Below, piece after piece: positions 27,803 to 37,145 of a DNA stretch of 64,000 nt; position 1 is the first letter of the stretch, and each line of letters opens with the position of its first letter. The position numbers were made by a program, and so were the translations under genes. The notes under the pieces are model-generated. The model was given only the letters and a program-made list of their open reading frames with translations. It made no database searches and had not been told where the DNA came from. Source of the stretch: Candidatus Latescibacterota bacterium (GTDB lineage Bacteria > Latescibacterota > UBA2968 > UBA8231); the NCBI GenBank assembly GCA_965242865.1, contig CBDETK010000013.1, positions 608,001-672,000 on the forward strand. Reading direction: 5' to 3'.

Positions 27803-29878
27803 ATGGTTCCAGAATTCGCCAAGGCGGTACATGCCCCCCCCTTCGAGCGGCACTCTTGCTTTTTGGCTGGGCCGCTGGTCGCCGGGCAGCGGCAGGCCCT
27901 GATCGAGCGGCTGCGGGTCTTGCTCACCGCCGGGGTGCCCGGGTACGCGATCTTGGTGCTGTTGCCCGACCGGGCGACCGTGCAGCGCTTCCGCCAAGCG
28001 GTCGATCGGCTCGACCTCGGGCCGTACAGCACCGTTGATCTACAGACGTACTACGGGCTGGCGAGCCGGTTGGTGCGGTTGTTTTGGCCGCTGGTCGCGG
28101 GCAAGGCCGGCTTTGCCGCGCCCGAGCGGCCGCCGGTTTTCCTCAACTACGAGGCCGCCCAATACCTGATGGGGCAGGTGGTGGAGCCGCTGCTGGCCGA
28201 GGGCTATTTCGAGGGCCTGCACCTGCGGCCCCAGCGCATTCTCTCCCAACTGCTCGACAACCTAAACAAGGCCGCCGTAGCGGATTTTGCGCTCGCAGAG
28301 GTGGCGCCGCGCCTGAGCCGCGCTTGGGCCGGGGCCGAACAACGGCGGCGCGTGTACGAGCAGGTGCAGACGTGCATTGAACGCTACCGCAGCCACTGCT
28401 TACAACACGAGCTGCTCGACGCCTCGCTGGTCTTTGAGGTGTGCAACCGCCACCTGATCGCGCACGAGGAATTCTGGCGCTACTTCACCGAGCGCTATCG
28501 CCATCTCTTGGTCGACTCGGCCGAGGAGCTGGTGCCGGTGGCCGGCGATTTGGTGGGGCGGCTCTTGCCCCAGTGCGACTCGGCCCTGTTGGGCGGGGAC
28601 GCGCACGCCGGCTTCCGCATCTTTTTGGGCGTTGACGCGCCCGGGGCCACCCAACTCCAGCAGCAGTGCGCGGAGACGATTGCCGTGGGGCCGCAAGCGT
28701 GTGCAGCCCGGGATATGGTGGCCTTTGCCGACCGCTTGGGCGCGAAGTTGGGGCAGGTGACCGCCGAGGCCTCGGGCGGGTGGCCGCAGCGGGCCGTGGC
28801 CGAGGTGGTGCAGACCCGCTACCGAGGGCAGATGATCGAGGCCGTGGCCCAGCGGATCGTCCAGCAGATCGCCGCGGGCGTGGCCCCGGGCGACATCGCG
28901 GTGGTGGCCCCACACGCCGATGGGGTGTTGCGCTTCCTCTTGGCCGAGACCTTTCGCGCGGCCGACATCCCCTTTGCCATTGTGCGGCGTTACGAGACCC
29001 TGCGCGAGGAGCCGGTGGTGCGAGCCTGTCTGGCGCTGGCCGTGCTCGCCCACCCGGATTGGGGCCAACCGCTCTCGATCTTTGATCTGTCTGGGGCGTT
29101 GGAGCGGGCACTCCAGCCCCTCGACCGGCTGCGGGCCGAGCTAATGGCGCGGCACTTGTACGATCCGCGGTCGGGCCAGCTCAAACCGGCCAGCGCGTTG
29201 CATGCCGCGCTGGGCGAGCGGCTAGGCCGTGCGGCGCTCGCTCGCTACGAAGCCCTGCGCGCTTGGCTTGAGGCGTATCGCCACGGCGCGGCCGACCCTT
29301 GGGATCACTTTTTGCGCCGGCTCTTTGGGGAGGTGCTGTCACACGCCGCGCTGGCGCCCGAAGACGCCGAGGTGTACAGCAAGCTGATCGCCTCGGCTGC
29401 CTCGTTCCGCGCGGTGGCCCCGGCAATGGCCCTCGAAGGCGCGGCCATTGGCCAACGCTACGTCGAGATGATCGAAGCCGGGGTCGTCGCCGCCCAATAC
29501 CTGACCGATGTCGATCTCGACGAGGCCCCAGAATCCATTGCCTTGGTCGCGCCGGTCTATACCTATTTGCTCTCCGGCCATGTGGCGCGCTACCAGTTCT
29601 GGCTGGACATTGGCGCGGCCACTTGGTGGGAGCCGCTGCACCAGCCCTTGACCAACCACTACGTGCTGACCCGGCGCTGGAACCAAGCGGAGCACTGGAC
29701 CGATGCGGTGGATTACTCGACCCGCAACCGCAACCTCTACCGCTTGGTGCGGGGCCTGTGCCTGCGCTGCCGCGACGGAATTTATCTCTGCACCAGCGAG
29801 TCCGAGGGCCGGGGCGCGGCGCAGGACGGGCCGCTGATGATGGCGGTGCAACAGGTCTTGCAGGAGGAGCGAGGGTGA
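27803..29878 (+). CDS. Degenerate (probably ATPase-dead) UvrD-like helicase
   Basis: SF1 layout with degenerate Walker A (GPLVAGQR) and Walker B (LLVDSAEE); PGDIAVVAP. Confidence 0.65.
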   Translation: MVPEFAKAVHAPPFERHSCFLAGPLVAGQRQALIERLRVLLTAGVPGYAILVLLPDRATVQRFRQAVDRLDLGPYSTVDLQTYYGLASRLVRLFWPLVAGKAGFAAPERPPVFLNYEAAQYLMGQVVEPLLAEGYFEGLHLRPQRILSQLLDNLNKAAVADFALAEVAPRLSRAWAGAEQRRRVYEQVQTCIERYRSHCLQHELLDASLVFEVCNRHLIAHEEFWRYFTERYRHLLVDSAEELVPVAGDLVGRLLPQCDSALLGGDAHAGFRIFLGVDAPGATQLQQQCAETIAVGPQACAARDMVAFADRLGAKLGQVTAEASGGWPQRAVAEVVQTRYRGQMIEAVAQRIVQQIAAGVAPGDIAVVAPHADGVLRFLLAETFRAADIPFAIVRRYETLREEPVVRACLALAVLAHPDWGQPLSIFDLSGALERALQPLDRLRAELMARHLYDPRSGQLKPASALHAALGERLGRAALARYEALRAWLEAYRHGAADPWDHFLRRLFGEVLSHAALAPEDAEVYSKLIASAASFRAVAPAMALEGAAIGQRYVEMIEAGVVAAQYLTDVDLDEAPESIALVAPVYTYLLSGHVARYQFWLDIGAATWWEPLHQPLTNHYVLTRRWNQAEHWTDAVDYSTRNRNLYRLVRGLCLRCRDGIYLCTSESEGRGAAQDGPLMMAVQQVLQEERG

Positions 29879-32091
29879 GGTTTGAGCCGCGCGCCGGCCA
29901 GCGCGAGATTTTGGCCTATCGCGGCGGCCTGCTGGGGGTGTCAGCCGTGCCCGGCAGCGGCAAGACCGCGACGATTGTCGCCTTGGCGACGAGGCTGATC
30001 GCCGAGAGCGCCACGGCCGGGGGGCAGGTGCTAATTGTGACCTACCAAAACGCGGCCGTGGACCACATCCGCGCCCAGATCGGCCAGCGCCTGCAAGCGC
30101 TGGACCGGCTCCAAGTCGGGTACGACGTGCGGACCTTGCACAGCTTGGCTTACGGCATCGTCCAAGCCAATCCCGGGCTGGTGGGAGCCGCGGCCGAATT
30201 TGTGGTTCTCGACGAGCGCGCCAGCGACAGCTTGCTCGACAAGGCGGTGCGGGCTTGGACCGACGACAACAAGAGCGTGTGGGGCCGATTGGGGCCTGGG
30301 GAATACGTGGATCAGCAGTGGGAGCAGGAGTGGCGGGCCATTGCGCGGAAAGTCGCCCGCACGGTTATCACCACGGCCAAAAACCGCCGGTTGCGGGCCG
30401 AAGACCTCCTCGCGCGGCTCGGCGGCCGGGAGGACAGCGGGCCGTTTTTGCGAATCGGCGCGGAAATATACCGGCTCTACCAGCAGCAAGTCGAGACCAT
30501 CGGCGGCCTCGACTTCGACGACTTGGTGTGGAGGGCCGTAGAGCTGGTGCAGCAGTACCCGGATTTGTGCGACCGCTACCGCCGGCGTTGGCCCTTTGTC
30601 TTGGAGGACGAGGCGCAAGACAGCGTCCCCTTGCAGGAGGAGCTCATCGCGCTGTTGGTGGGGCCGGGCGGCCACTGGATCCGGGTCGGCGATCCCAATC
30701 AGGCGATTATGAGCACCTTCACGGCGGCCGATCCCCGCTATTTGCGCCGCTTCTTGGACCGCGCCGACGTCGCGGTCGCCGAGATGACCATTTCCGGCCG
30801 CTGCGCCCCCCAGATCATGGACTTGGCCAATTTTTTAGTTGAGTGGGCCGCGGTTGAACACCCGCTGGCCGAGGTGCGCCAGCGCGCCTTCCGGCCCCAG
30901 CAGATGCAGCCCACCGACCCGGGCGATCCCCAGCAAAACCCCGCGGACGCGGACAGCGAGATCGGGTTCCGCGAATACAACAACCGCCACGATGAGTTCG
31001 ACAGCATTGCGCGCCGGGCCAAGGGCTTTGCCGAGCGCAACGCCAACTCAACGGTGGCGGTGCTGGTGCCGACCAACCGCATCGGCTACGACATGGCCGA
31101 GCGCTTGCGGCAGGCTGACGCAGATTTCGACGAGGTGTTGCAAAGCCCGCGCTCGGCCCGGCGGGTGGGCGAGGCCCTCTGCGCGGTGCTCGGCTTTCTA
31201 GCCGAGCCTTTGCAGCGCAATCAGTTGGAGCGCGCCTACCGCGCCTTGGTGGGCTTTTGGCCCGGGCCGAGTGGGCCGGGAAATGAGGAGGCAGTGGCCA
31301 TGCTGTTGCGTAGTTGCTATCGGCCCGAAGCCCTGCTTTACCCGGAGGCCGGCCAGTGCCTCGAAGCGGCCCTGCCCCCGCTGGATCGCATTGAGCCGCA
31401 GGATTTGGAAGCCATTGCCCTCCTGTGCGGTTATCTGCGGCGCTGGCTGCGGGCGGTTGCGCTGCCCGTGGATCAGCTCCTGATGACGGTGGCCCAAGAT
31501 CTGCTCGTAGAGGAAGGGGATATGGCGCGGGCGCAGCAGTTGGCGGTCTATGTGCGCACCCGCGCCGACCAAAACGCCGCTTGGCAGTTGCCCGAGTTGG
31601 TGCGCGAGTTGAGCGAAGCCGTGCAAGGCCGGCCGGGCGCGTTTGCCGACCCAGAAGATGTATTCGCGCCTCGGCCCGGGCGGATTTTTTTGACGACCAT
31701 GCACAAAGCCAAGGGCATGGAGTGGGATCTAGTCTATGTCATGGGGGTTGACGGCGATTGGTTTCCCCACGACCTTGACGCGCGATTCTTGGGCGAATAC
31801 GAGTTTCTGGGCGGCGATCCCTGCGAGGACGCGCGGGCCGAGCTATTGGACCTGCTCGGCGAAATCGGCGCGAGCCGGCTGTCGGCCACCGACCGTTCCC
31901 ACGCCGAGGTAATCGCCGAGCGGCTGCGGCTGCTCTACGTGGCCATCACCCGGGCGCGGCGCTATTTGGTCTTGAGCTGGAGTCGCCAGATTCCGCACGC
32001 TACGCGGACGCAGGCCGTGCCCATGGCCGAGGTGTTTCGCCAGTTGCAGGGCTATTGCGAGCAACGGAGCCGACCGCGAAATTCAGAGTGA
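29875..32091 (+). CDS. ATP-dependent SF1 helicase, UvrD/PcrA family
   Basis: AVPGSGKT, LEDEAQD, VGDPNQAI, TMHKAKGMEWD and RLLYVAITRAR motifs. Confidence 0.9.
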   Translation: MRFEPRAGQREILAYRGGLLGVSAVPGSGKTATIVALATRLIAESATAGGQVLIVTYQNAAVDHIRAQIGQRLQALDRLQVGYDVRTLHSLAYGIVQANPGLVGAAAEFVVLDERASDSLLDKAVRAWTDDNKSVWGRLGPGEYVDQQWEQEWRAIARKVARTVITTAKNRRLRAEDLLARLGGREDSGPFLRIGAEIYRLYQQQVETIGGLDFDDLVWRAVELVQQYPDLCDRYRRRWPFVLEDEAQDSVPLQEELIALLVGPGGHWIRVGDPNQAIMSTFTAADPRYLRRFLDRADVAVAEMTISGRCAPQIMDLANFLVEWAAVEHPLAEVRQRAFRPQQMQPTDPGDPQQNPADADSEIGFREYNNRHDEFDSIARRAKGFAERNANSTVAVLVPTNRIGYDMAERLRQADADFDEVLQSPRSARRVGEALCAVLGFLAEPLQRNQLERAYRALVGFWPGPSGPGNEEAVAMLLRSCYRPEALLYPEAGQCLEAALPPLDRIEPQDLEAIALLCGYLRRWLRAVALPVDQLLMTVAQDLLVEEGDMARAQQLAVYVRTRADQNAAWQLPELVRELSEAVQGRPGAFADPEDVFAPRPGRIFLTTMHKAKGMEWDLVYVMGVDGDWFPHDLDARFLGEYEFLGGDPCEDARAELLDLLGEIGASRLSATDRSHAEVIAERLRLLYVAITRARRYLVLSWSRQIPHATRTQAVPMAEVFRQLQGYCEQRSRPRNSE

Positions 32092-32174
32092 AATCACGTA
32101 GCCCTGAGTATAATGAGCATTAACCTAACTTGAGGAGTAACTCACCGTCGAGAGTAAACTCGGTCCAGAGGTCG

Positions 32175-32600
32175 GATCATGGCAGTTGAATCCTAAGTAA
32201 GGCGAGTTTGGGCGAGGAGCAACAGATCGCGGTAGATCCGCAGGCCGTGATCTTGGCATGGCGGGATATTGTCAGTACCCTCACGGACCTTGAACTGAGA
32301 GGATTGGTCAGCCCGGCAGAAGAGGTACTTATCCGAGACTTCATCGACTATGTCGCGGACAAGCATCCAGAGCTCAATCCATTCGATCGCTTCGCGGTAT
32401 GTAGGGACAATTTAGGTCTCCTGAATCGGCGTTGCGAAGCTATCCTGCGGGAGATTGACCCAACCGAGGCATGGCATGGAGAGGCACCCTTCATCTCAAT
32501 GGAATCTCCCTCTTGCAAGTGGATATATCTAGAGGCCGACTCAGAACAGGAGGATACAAATGACTTCTCACGAACAAACCGCTCGGCTCGCTCGCGCTGA
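32175..32600 (+). pseudogene. Degraded fragment, possibly of a PD-(D/E)xK nuclease-family gene
   Basis: Lower-GC ORF without a clear start; upstream IMAVES(+1)K resembles a frameshifted ExK motif; W.DI...L...E..LI.DF.DY pattern. Confidence 0.35.
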
Positions 32601-32633
32601 GTTTGTTGGGCCTCTTAGAATGACCGGTACGCA

Positions 32634-33536
32634 ATGTGCGGCATTGTTGGGCTGTACATAAAAGAACGAAACTTGGCCGACCAACTCGGGGCGCTGTTCG
32701 CCGAGATGCTGATATGTATGAGCGACCGCGGTACCGATAGCGCGGGATTGGCACTGTACGGCCATGAGCCGCCGGCGGGGTTTATCAAAGTCACCTTGCG
32801 GCACGAGGCCGACGATTACGACTGGCCCGGGCTCGCCGACCAACTCGGCCGGCACTTTGGCTGCGAGGCCAGCCTGCGCGTCAACGCCAACTACGCGGTC
32901 ATCGCAGTGCGCACCGACGCCGATGCACTGGGGCGGATGCTGGCTGGAGCAGACCCCAGCCTGACGGTGATGAGCATTGGCCGCCGCATCGAGCTCCTCA
33001 AAGAGATCGGGGCACCCGCTGCGATCGTCCAGCGCTTCGGCGTCCGCCGGATGCGCGGTACGCACATCATCGGTCACACGCGCATGGCCACCGAGAGCGC
33101 GGTGACCACCGATGGCTCTCATCCCTTTTCTACGGGCATGGATCTCTGCTTGGTACACAACGGCTCCCTGAGCAACCACAGTCGGCTGCGTACGCGCCTC
33201 CGGCGTAGCGGGATCGAAATCCGCACGGAAAACGACTCCGAGGTGGCTGCCGGCTACTTGATGTGGCGGATGCAGCAGGGAGATACCTTGCAAGCGGCCC
33301 TACGAGCCGCGCTCGACGATTTGGACGGCTTCTATACCTTTGCCATTGGCACGGCCGATGGCTTCGCGGTCTTGCGCGACCCGATTGCCTGCAAGCCGGC
33401 GGTGCTGGCCGAGACGGACGCGTACGTGGCGATGGCCAGCGAGTTTCAGGCCCTGTCGAGCTTGCCGGGGATTGAGGCCGCCGAGGTCTGGGAGCCCAAG
33501 CCGGCGCGGGTGTACACTTGGGGCGGGGCTGGCTGA
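32634..33536 (+). CDS. glxB: Class II glutamine amidotransferase, N-methylglutamate synthase subunit A (MgsA/GlxB)
   Basis: MCGIVG Ntn start, GHTRMATES, HNGSLSN; pathway context. Confidence 0.88.
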   Translation: MCGIVGLYIKERNLADQLGALFAEMLICMSDRGTDSAGLALYGHEPPAGFIKVTLRHEADDYDWPGLADQLGRHFGCEASLRVNANYAVIAVRTDADALGRMLAGADPSLTVMSIGRRIELLKEIGAPAAIVQRFGVRRMRGTHIIGHTRMATESAVTTDGSHPFSTGMDLCLVHNGSLSNHSRLRTRLRRSGIEIRTENDSEVAAGYLMWRMQQGDTLQAALRAALDDLDGFYTFAIGTADGFAVLRDPIACKPAVLAETDAYVAMASEFQALSSLPGIEAAEVWEPKPARVYTWGGAG

Positions 33537-33578
33537 TCTACTTACAGGTTGCACTTCAACTCTAATTCGGACATTATA

Positions 33579-34286
33579 ATGCAAAAGAAGAGAGAAAACT
33601 ACTTTAATTCCGCAGCAGAAAAAATTTATGGCGAAGTAAAAAGACCGTATAACCAGCAGAGTATTAAAAAGAGAATCGAAGCTCTTTTCCTCGACAACCT
33701 CGGAAAAATTCTATTGAGAGAACAAATAATCGAAGCAGCCAGAGACCCGATAACTCAAAAAGAACCTGAAAATTGGCATCAGAGATTATCGGAGTTACGA
33801 ACGGACGATGGGTACACAATTTTATCGTGGCGGAATCGGGGTGATTTGAAAGTTCAAGAATACCTCATGCCGACCTCCGAAAAAAGGCTAAAGATAAACA
33901 AGAGAGTTCGTCCACATGATAAAGTATGGTTAGAGATATTGAAAAAAGCGAACTACGCTTGTGAATGGGAGGAGGATGGTATCCGGTGCGAACTTAAAGA
34001 CGGAGACGTAGATCCAATCGGAGGAGGCACTGCAAGGCTCACACCAGACCACAAGGCACCTCACTCAATAGATGCCGAGGCCGATCCAAGCGATCCAAAC
34101 CAATGGGGAGTATTATGTGGACGGCATCAAGTTATGAAGAAGAACTTTTGGGATGATAAAACTGGTAAAATCAATGTCTATGCTATTGTGCAAGCGGCAA
34201 GTGAAAGAGAAAAAAAGATTGTGTTCTCTTTTTTAGCCGATTATTTTGGCTATCAAATCGAGGACAGAAAATTGGCGAGGGAATAG
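33579..34286 (+). CDS. Putative HNH-type restriction endonuclease with N-terminal wHTH-like region
   Basis: NWHQRLSELRTD.GYTI; C-terminal CEW...C...LTPDH..PH....W..LC..HQ..KKN; low GC; next to an MTase. Confidence 0.6.
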   Translation: MQKKRENYFNSAAEKIYGEVKRPYNQQSIKKRIEALFLDNLGKILLREQIIEAARDPITQKEPENWHQRLSELRTDDGYTILSWRNRGDLKVQEYLMPTSEKRLKINKRVRPHDKVWLEILKKANYACEWEEDGIRCELKDGDVDPIGGGTARLTPDHKAPHSIDAEADPSDPNQWGVLCGRHQVMKKNFWDDKTGKINVYAIVQAASEREKKIVFSFLADYFGYQIEDRKLARE

Positions 34287-34288
34287 CT

Positions 34289-35098
34289 GTGAATCAGATG
34301 ACTTTTACGGAGCTCGATACGATCGCGCACAACGGCGGACCCAAAAAGGGCCGTGTTGTCATACTACCACCGATGGATGTATTTGAATCCATCGAATGGA
34401 TCAAGTCCACTGGCATCAAACCACGTGTAGCAATGCTCGACCCATGGTATAATAAGGGTTTTGGCGAAATAAGAGATGACTACAATGATTTTGTTGTGTC
34501 TATACTTGAAGCCCTTATTGGTATATCCGACCACGTATTTTTATGGGGTTTCCCCGAGATCGTAGCCCAGTACTTTAATCGCATACCAACGGAGTATAAA
34601 CTCGTCGCCTGGCTCACTTGGTATTACAAGAACAACCCATCTGTCATTCGCGGATGGCGCTCGAGTCAAAATACTTGCCTGCACCTTTCTCAGGGGGATG
34701 CAAAACTATATCCCGAACACTTTTTGAACGACATCCAAAAAGAAAAGTTGAGGAAGGGGAAGCTAAGGTATATGCCCGGCCCCACTAGCGTAATAGAAGC
34801 GTCCCTATTAGTGGGCTTTGTCGGTCGAGATGAGCAAACAGGTCATCCGTCGCAAAAACCATTAAAGGTATATGAGCCTCTTTTCTTTATGACGACTAAA
34901 GAAGAAGATTTGATTTATGATCCTATGTGTGGATCGGGTACTACGGGTGCATTTGCCTTAAAACACAACCGGGGCGCAATTTTGTCAGACAGCAACGAGG
35001 AATATATTTCCATTGTTGAGTCGCGGCTCCTAACAAAGAGAACGCACTCCAACGGCGCATTGCCCTCAACACTTACAGCTGCGCTAGCGAGGAATTAG
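34289..35098 (+). CDS. Beta-class N6/N4 DNA methyltransferase
   Basis: Motif IV DPWY precedes HPSQKP and motif I DPMCGSGTT. Confidence 0.85.
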   Translation: MNQMTFTELDTIAHNGGPKKGRVVILPPMDVFESIEWIKSTGIKPRVAMLDPWYNKGFGEIRDDYNDFVVSILEALIGISDHVFLWGFPEIVAQYFNRIPTEYKLVAWLTWYYKNNPSVIRGWRSSQNTCLHLSQGDAKLYPEHFLNDIQKEKLRKGKLRYMPGPTSVIEASLLVGFVGRDEQTGHPSQKPLKVYEPLFFMTTKEEDLIYDPMCGSGTTGAFALKHNRGAILSDSNEEYISIVESRLLTKRTHSNGALPSTLTAALARN

Positions 35099-35101
35099 CT
35101 A

Positions 35102-35794
35102 ATGGGAGTGGAAGTGTTCGACTTGGCGGCCGGGACCTTGCGCCAGCTCAACCAGCGTCTGCACGACCTGACCGAGACGACGGCCCAAACGCCGTGGCGG
35201 ATTTTGCACCCCCGAGGGGCACACGCAGTGGCCGCTGGCGTCGATGCGCCCGTGGCGATCGATATTGAAGGGCACGTTGGGTACTATTGCGCCGGCATGA
35301 ACCAACGCGCCCACGTCACCGTCCACGGGATGGTCGGGGTGGGGGTTGCCGAGAACATGATGTCGGGGCTCGTGCGCGTGAAGGGCCACGCCAGCCAGTG
35401 CGCTGGGGCCACCGGGCACGGCGGCCTGCTGGTCATTGAGGGCGACGCGGCGAGCCGGTGCGGAATCTCCATGAAGGGGATCGACATCGTGGTCGGCGGC
35501 TCGGTCGGGCACAGCAGTTGCTTTATGGCGCAAGCCGGCAACTTAGTCGTCTGCGGCGATGCCGACGAGGGGTTGGGCGACTCCCTGTACGAGGGGCGGA
35601 TTTTCGTCCGCGGCCGGGTCGCGGGCTTGGGGGCCGACTGCATTGAAAAGCCCATGCGCGGCGAGCACCTGAGCGCGTTGGCCCAGTTGCTGGCGCGTGC
35701 GGGCTTGTCCGATGTGCAACCCGAGGCGTTCCGCCGCTACGGGTCGGCGCGCCAGCTTTACCACTTCAAGGTAGATAACGCATCCCAATACTAA
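35102..35794 (+). CDS. glxC: GXGXG protein, N-methylglutamate synthase subunit B (MgsB/GlxC)
   Basis: GHVGYYCAGMN, AENMMSG, RCGISMKG, GSARQLYHF. Confidence 0.9.
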   Translation: MGVEVFDLAAGTLRQLNQRLHDLTETTAQTPWRILHPRGAHAVAAGVDAPVAIDIEGHVGYYCAGMNQRAHVTVHGMVGVGVAENMMSGLVRVKGHASQCAGATGHGGLLVIEGDAASRCGISMKGIDIVVGGSVGHSSCFMAQAGNLVVCGDADEGLGDSLYEGRIFVRGRVAGLGADCIEKPMRGEHLSALAQLLARAGLSDVQPEAFRRYGSARQLYHFKVDNASQY

Positions 35795-35795
35795 C

Positions 35796-37145
35796 ATGAC
35801 GCAACCACACCCCAGCCAACAGGGCCTGCGCGAATCAGCCACCTTTGGCCGCGACGTCATCTACGAGATCCAGCGCGCAGCGCAGACCGGGATCTACGAC
35901 ATCCGCGGCTGGGGGGCCAAGCGCCGAGTGCCCCATTTTGACGACTTGGTCTTTTTGGGCGCGAGCATGTCGCGCTATCCGCTCGAAGGCTACCGAGAGC
36001 GTTGCGGCACCGATGTAATGCTCGGTACGCGCTACGCCCAAAACCCGATTCACCTCGACATCCCGGTTACCATCGCGGGGATGAGCTTTGGGTCGCTGTC
36101 GGCGCAGGCCAAGGAGGCGCTCGGCCGCGGTGCCAGCGAGGTGGGCACGAGCACCACGACCGGCGACGGCGGGATGACGCCGGAGGAGCGCGCCCAGTCG
36201 CGGATTTTGGTCTATCAGCTTTTGCCCTCGCGCTATGGCATGAACCCCGACGACCTGCGGAAGGCCGATGCGATTGAGGTGGTGCTGGGCCAAGGGGCCA
36301 AGCCCGGCGGCGGCGGCATGCTGTTGGGCCAGAAGATCAGCGACCGCGTCGCCCAGATGCGGACGTTGCCCCAAGACATTGACCAACGCTCGGCCTGCCG
36401 ACACCCCGACTGGACCGGCCCGGACGATTTGGCGATCAAAATAGTCGAGCTGCGCGAGATTACCGACTGGAAGGTGCCTATTTACGTCAAGATCGGCGCG
36501 ACTCGGACGTACTACGACACGCTCTTGGCGATCAAGGCCGGGGCCGATGTGGTGGTCCTCGACGGGATGCAGGGCGGTACGGGCGCGACCCAAGAGGTGT
36601 TCATCGAGCACGTGGGAATCCCAACCTTGCCAGCCGTGCGGCAAGCGGTGGAAGCGCTCGACGAGTTGGATATGCATCGCAAGGTGCAGCTCATTGTGTC
36701 CGGGGGCATCCGCCGCGGCGCGGATGTGGCCAAGGCCCTGGCGATGGGGGCGGACGCCTGTTCGATTGGCACGGCCGCGCTGATTGCGCTGGGCGACAAC
36801 AGCCCCCATCTAGACGCTGAATACCGCCAAATGGGTTCGGCGGCTGGCTTTTACGACGACTTGCAAGATGGCCAAGACCCGGCCGGCATCTCGACCCAGA
36901 CCGACTCCTTAGCCCAGCGTCTCGACCCGGTGGCCGGTGGCCGCCAGCTCGCCAACTATCTGCGGGTCCTGACCATGGAATGCCAGACCTTGGCCCGCGC
37001 CTGCGGCAAATCGCACGTTCACAACCTAGACCGAGAGGACTTGGCAGCGCTGACCATTGAGGCCGCGGCCATGGCCCAAATCCCGTTGGCCGGGACGGAT
37101 TGGATCCCCGGCCACGCGCCCACGAAAGGAGCCTGCTGTGACTGA
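35796..37145 (+). CDS. glxD: FMN-binding glutamate synthase family, N-methylglutamate synthase subunit C (MgsC/GlxD)
   Basis: MSFGSLS, TGDGG, GQGAKPGGGG, DGMQGGTGA, SGGIR. Confidence 0.92.
   Translation: MTQPHPSQQGLRESATFGRDVIYEIQRAAQTGIYDIRGWGAKRRVPHFDDLVFLGASMSRYPLEGYRERCGTDVMLGTRYAQNPIHLDIPVTIAGMSFGSLSAQAKEALGRGASEVGTSTTTGDGGMTPEERAQSRILVYQLLPSRYGMNPDDLRKADAIEVVLGQGAKPGGGGMLLGQKISDRVAQMRTLPQDIDQRSACRHPDWTGPDDLAIKIVELREITDWKVPIYVKIGATRTYYDTLLAIKAGADVVVLDGMQGGTGATQEVFIEHVGIPTLPAVRQAVEALDELDMHRKVQLIVSGGIRRGADVAKALAMGADACSIGTAALIALGDNSPHLDAEYRQMGSAAGFYDDLQDGQDPAGISTQTDSLAQRLDPVAGGRQLANYLRVLTMECQTLARACGKSHVHNLDREDLAALTIEAAAMAQIPLAGTDWIPGHAPTKGACCD

Noticed and set aside
29299-29874. Extended N-termini in the ORF track (29299, 27518, 47286, 40111, 21058, 26255)
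   Set aside because: The extensions overlap upstream genes; starts coupled to or just after the upstream stop fit family N-termini better.
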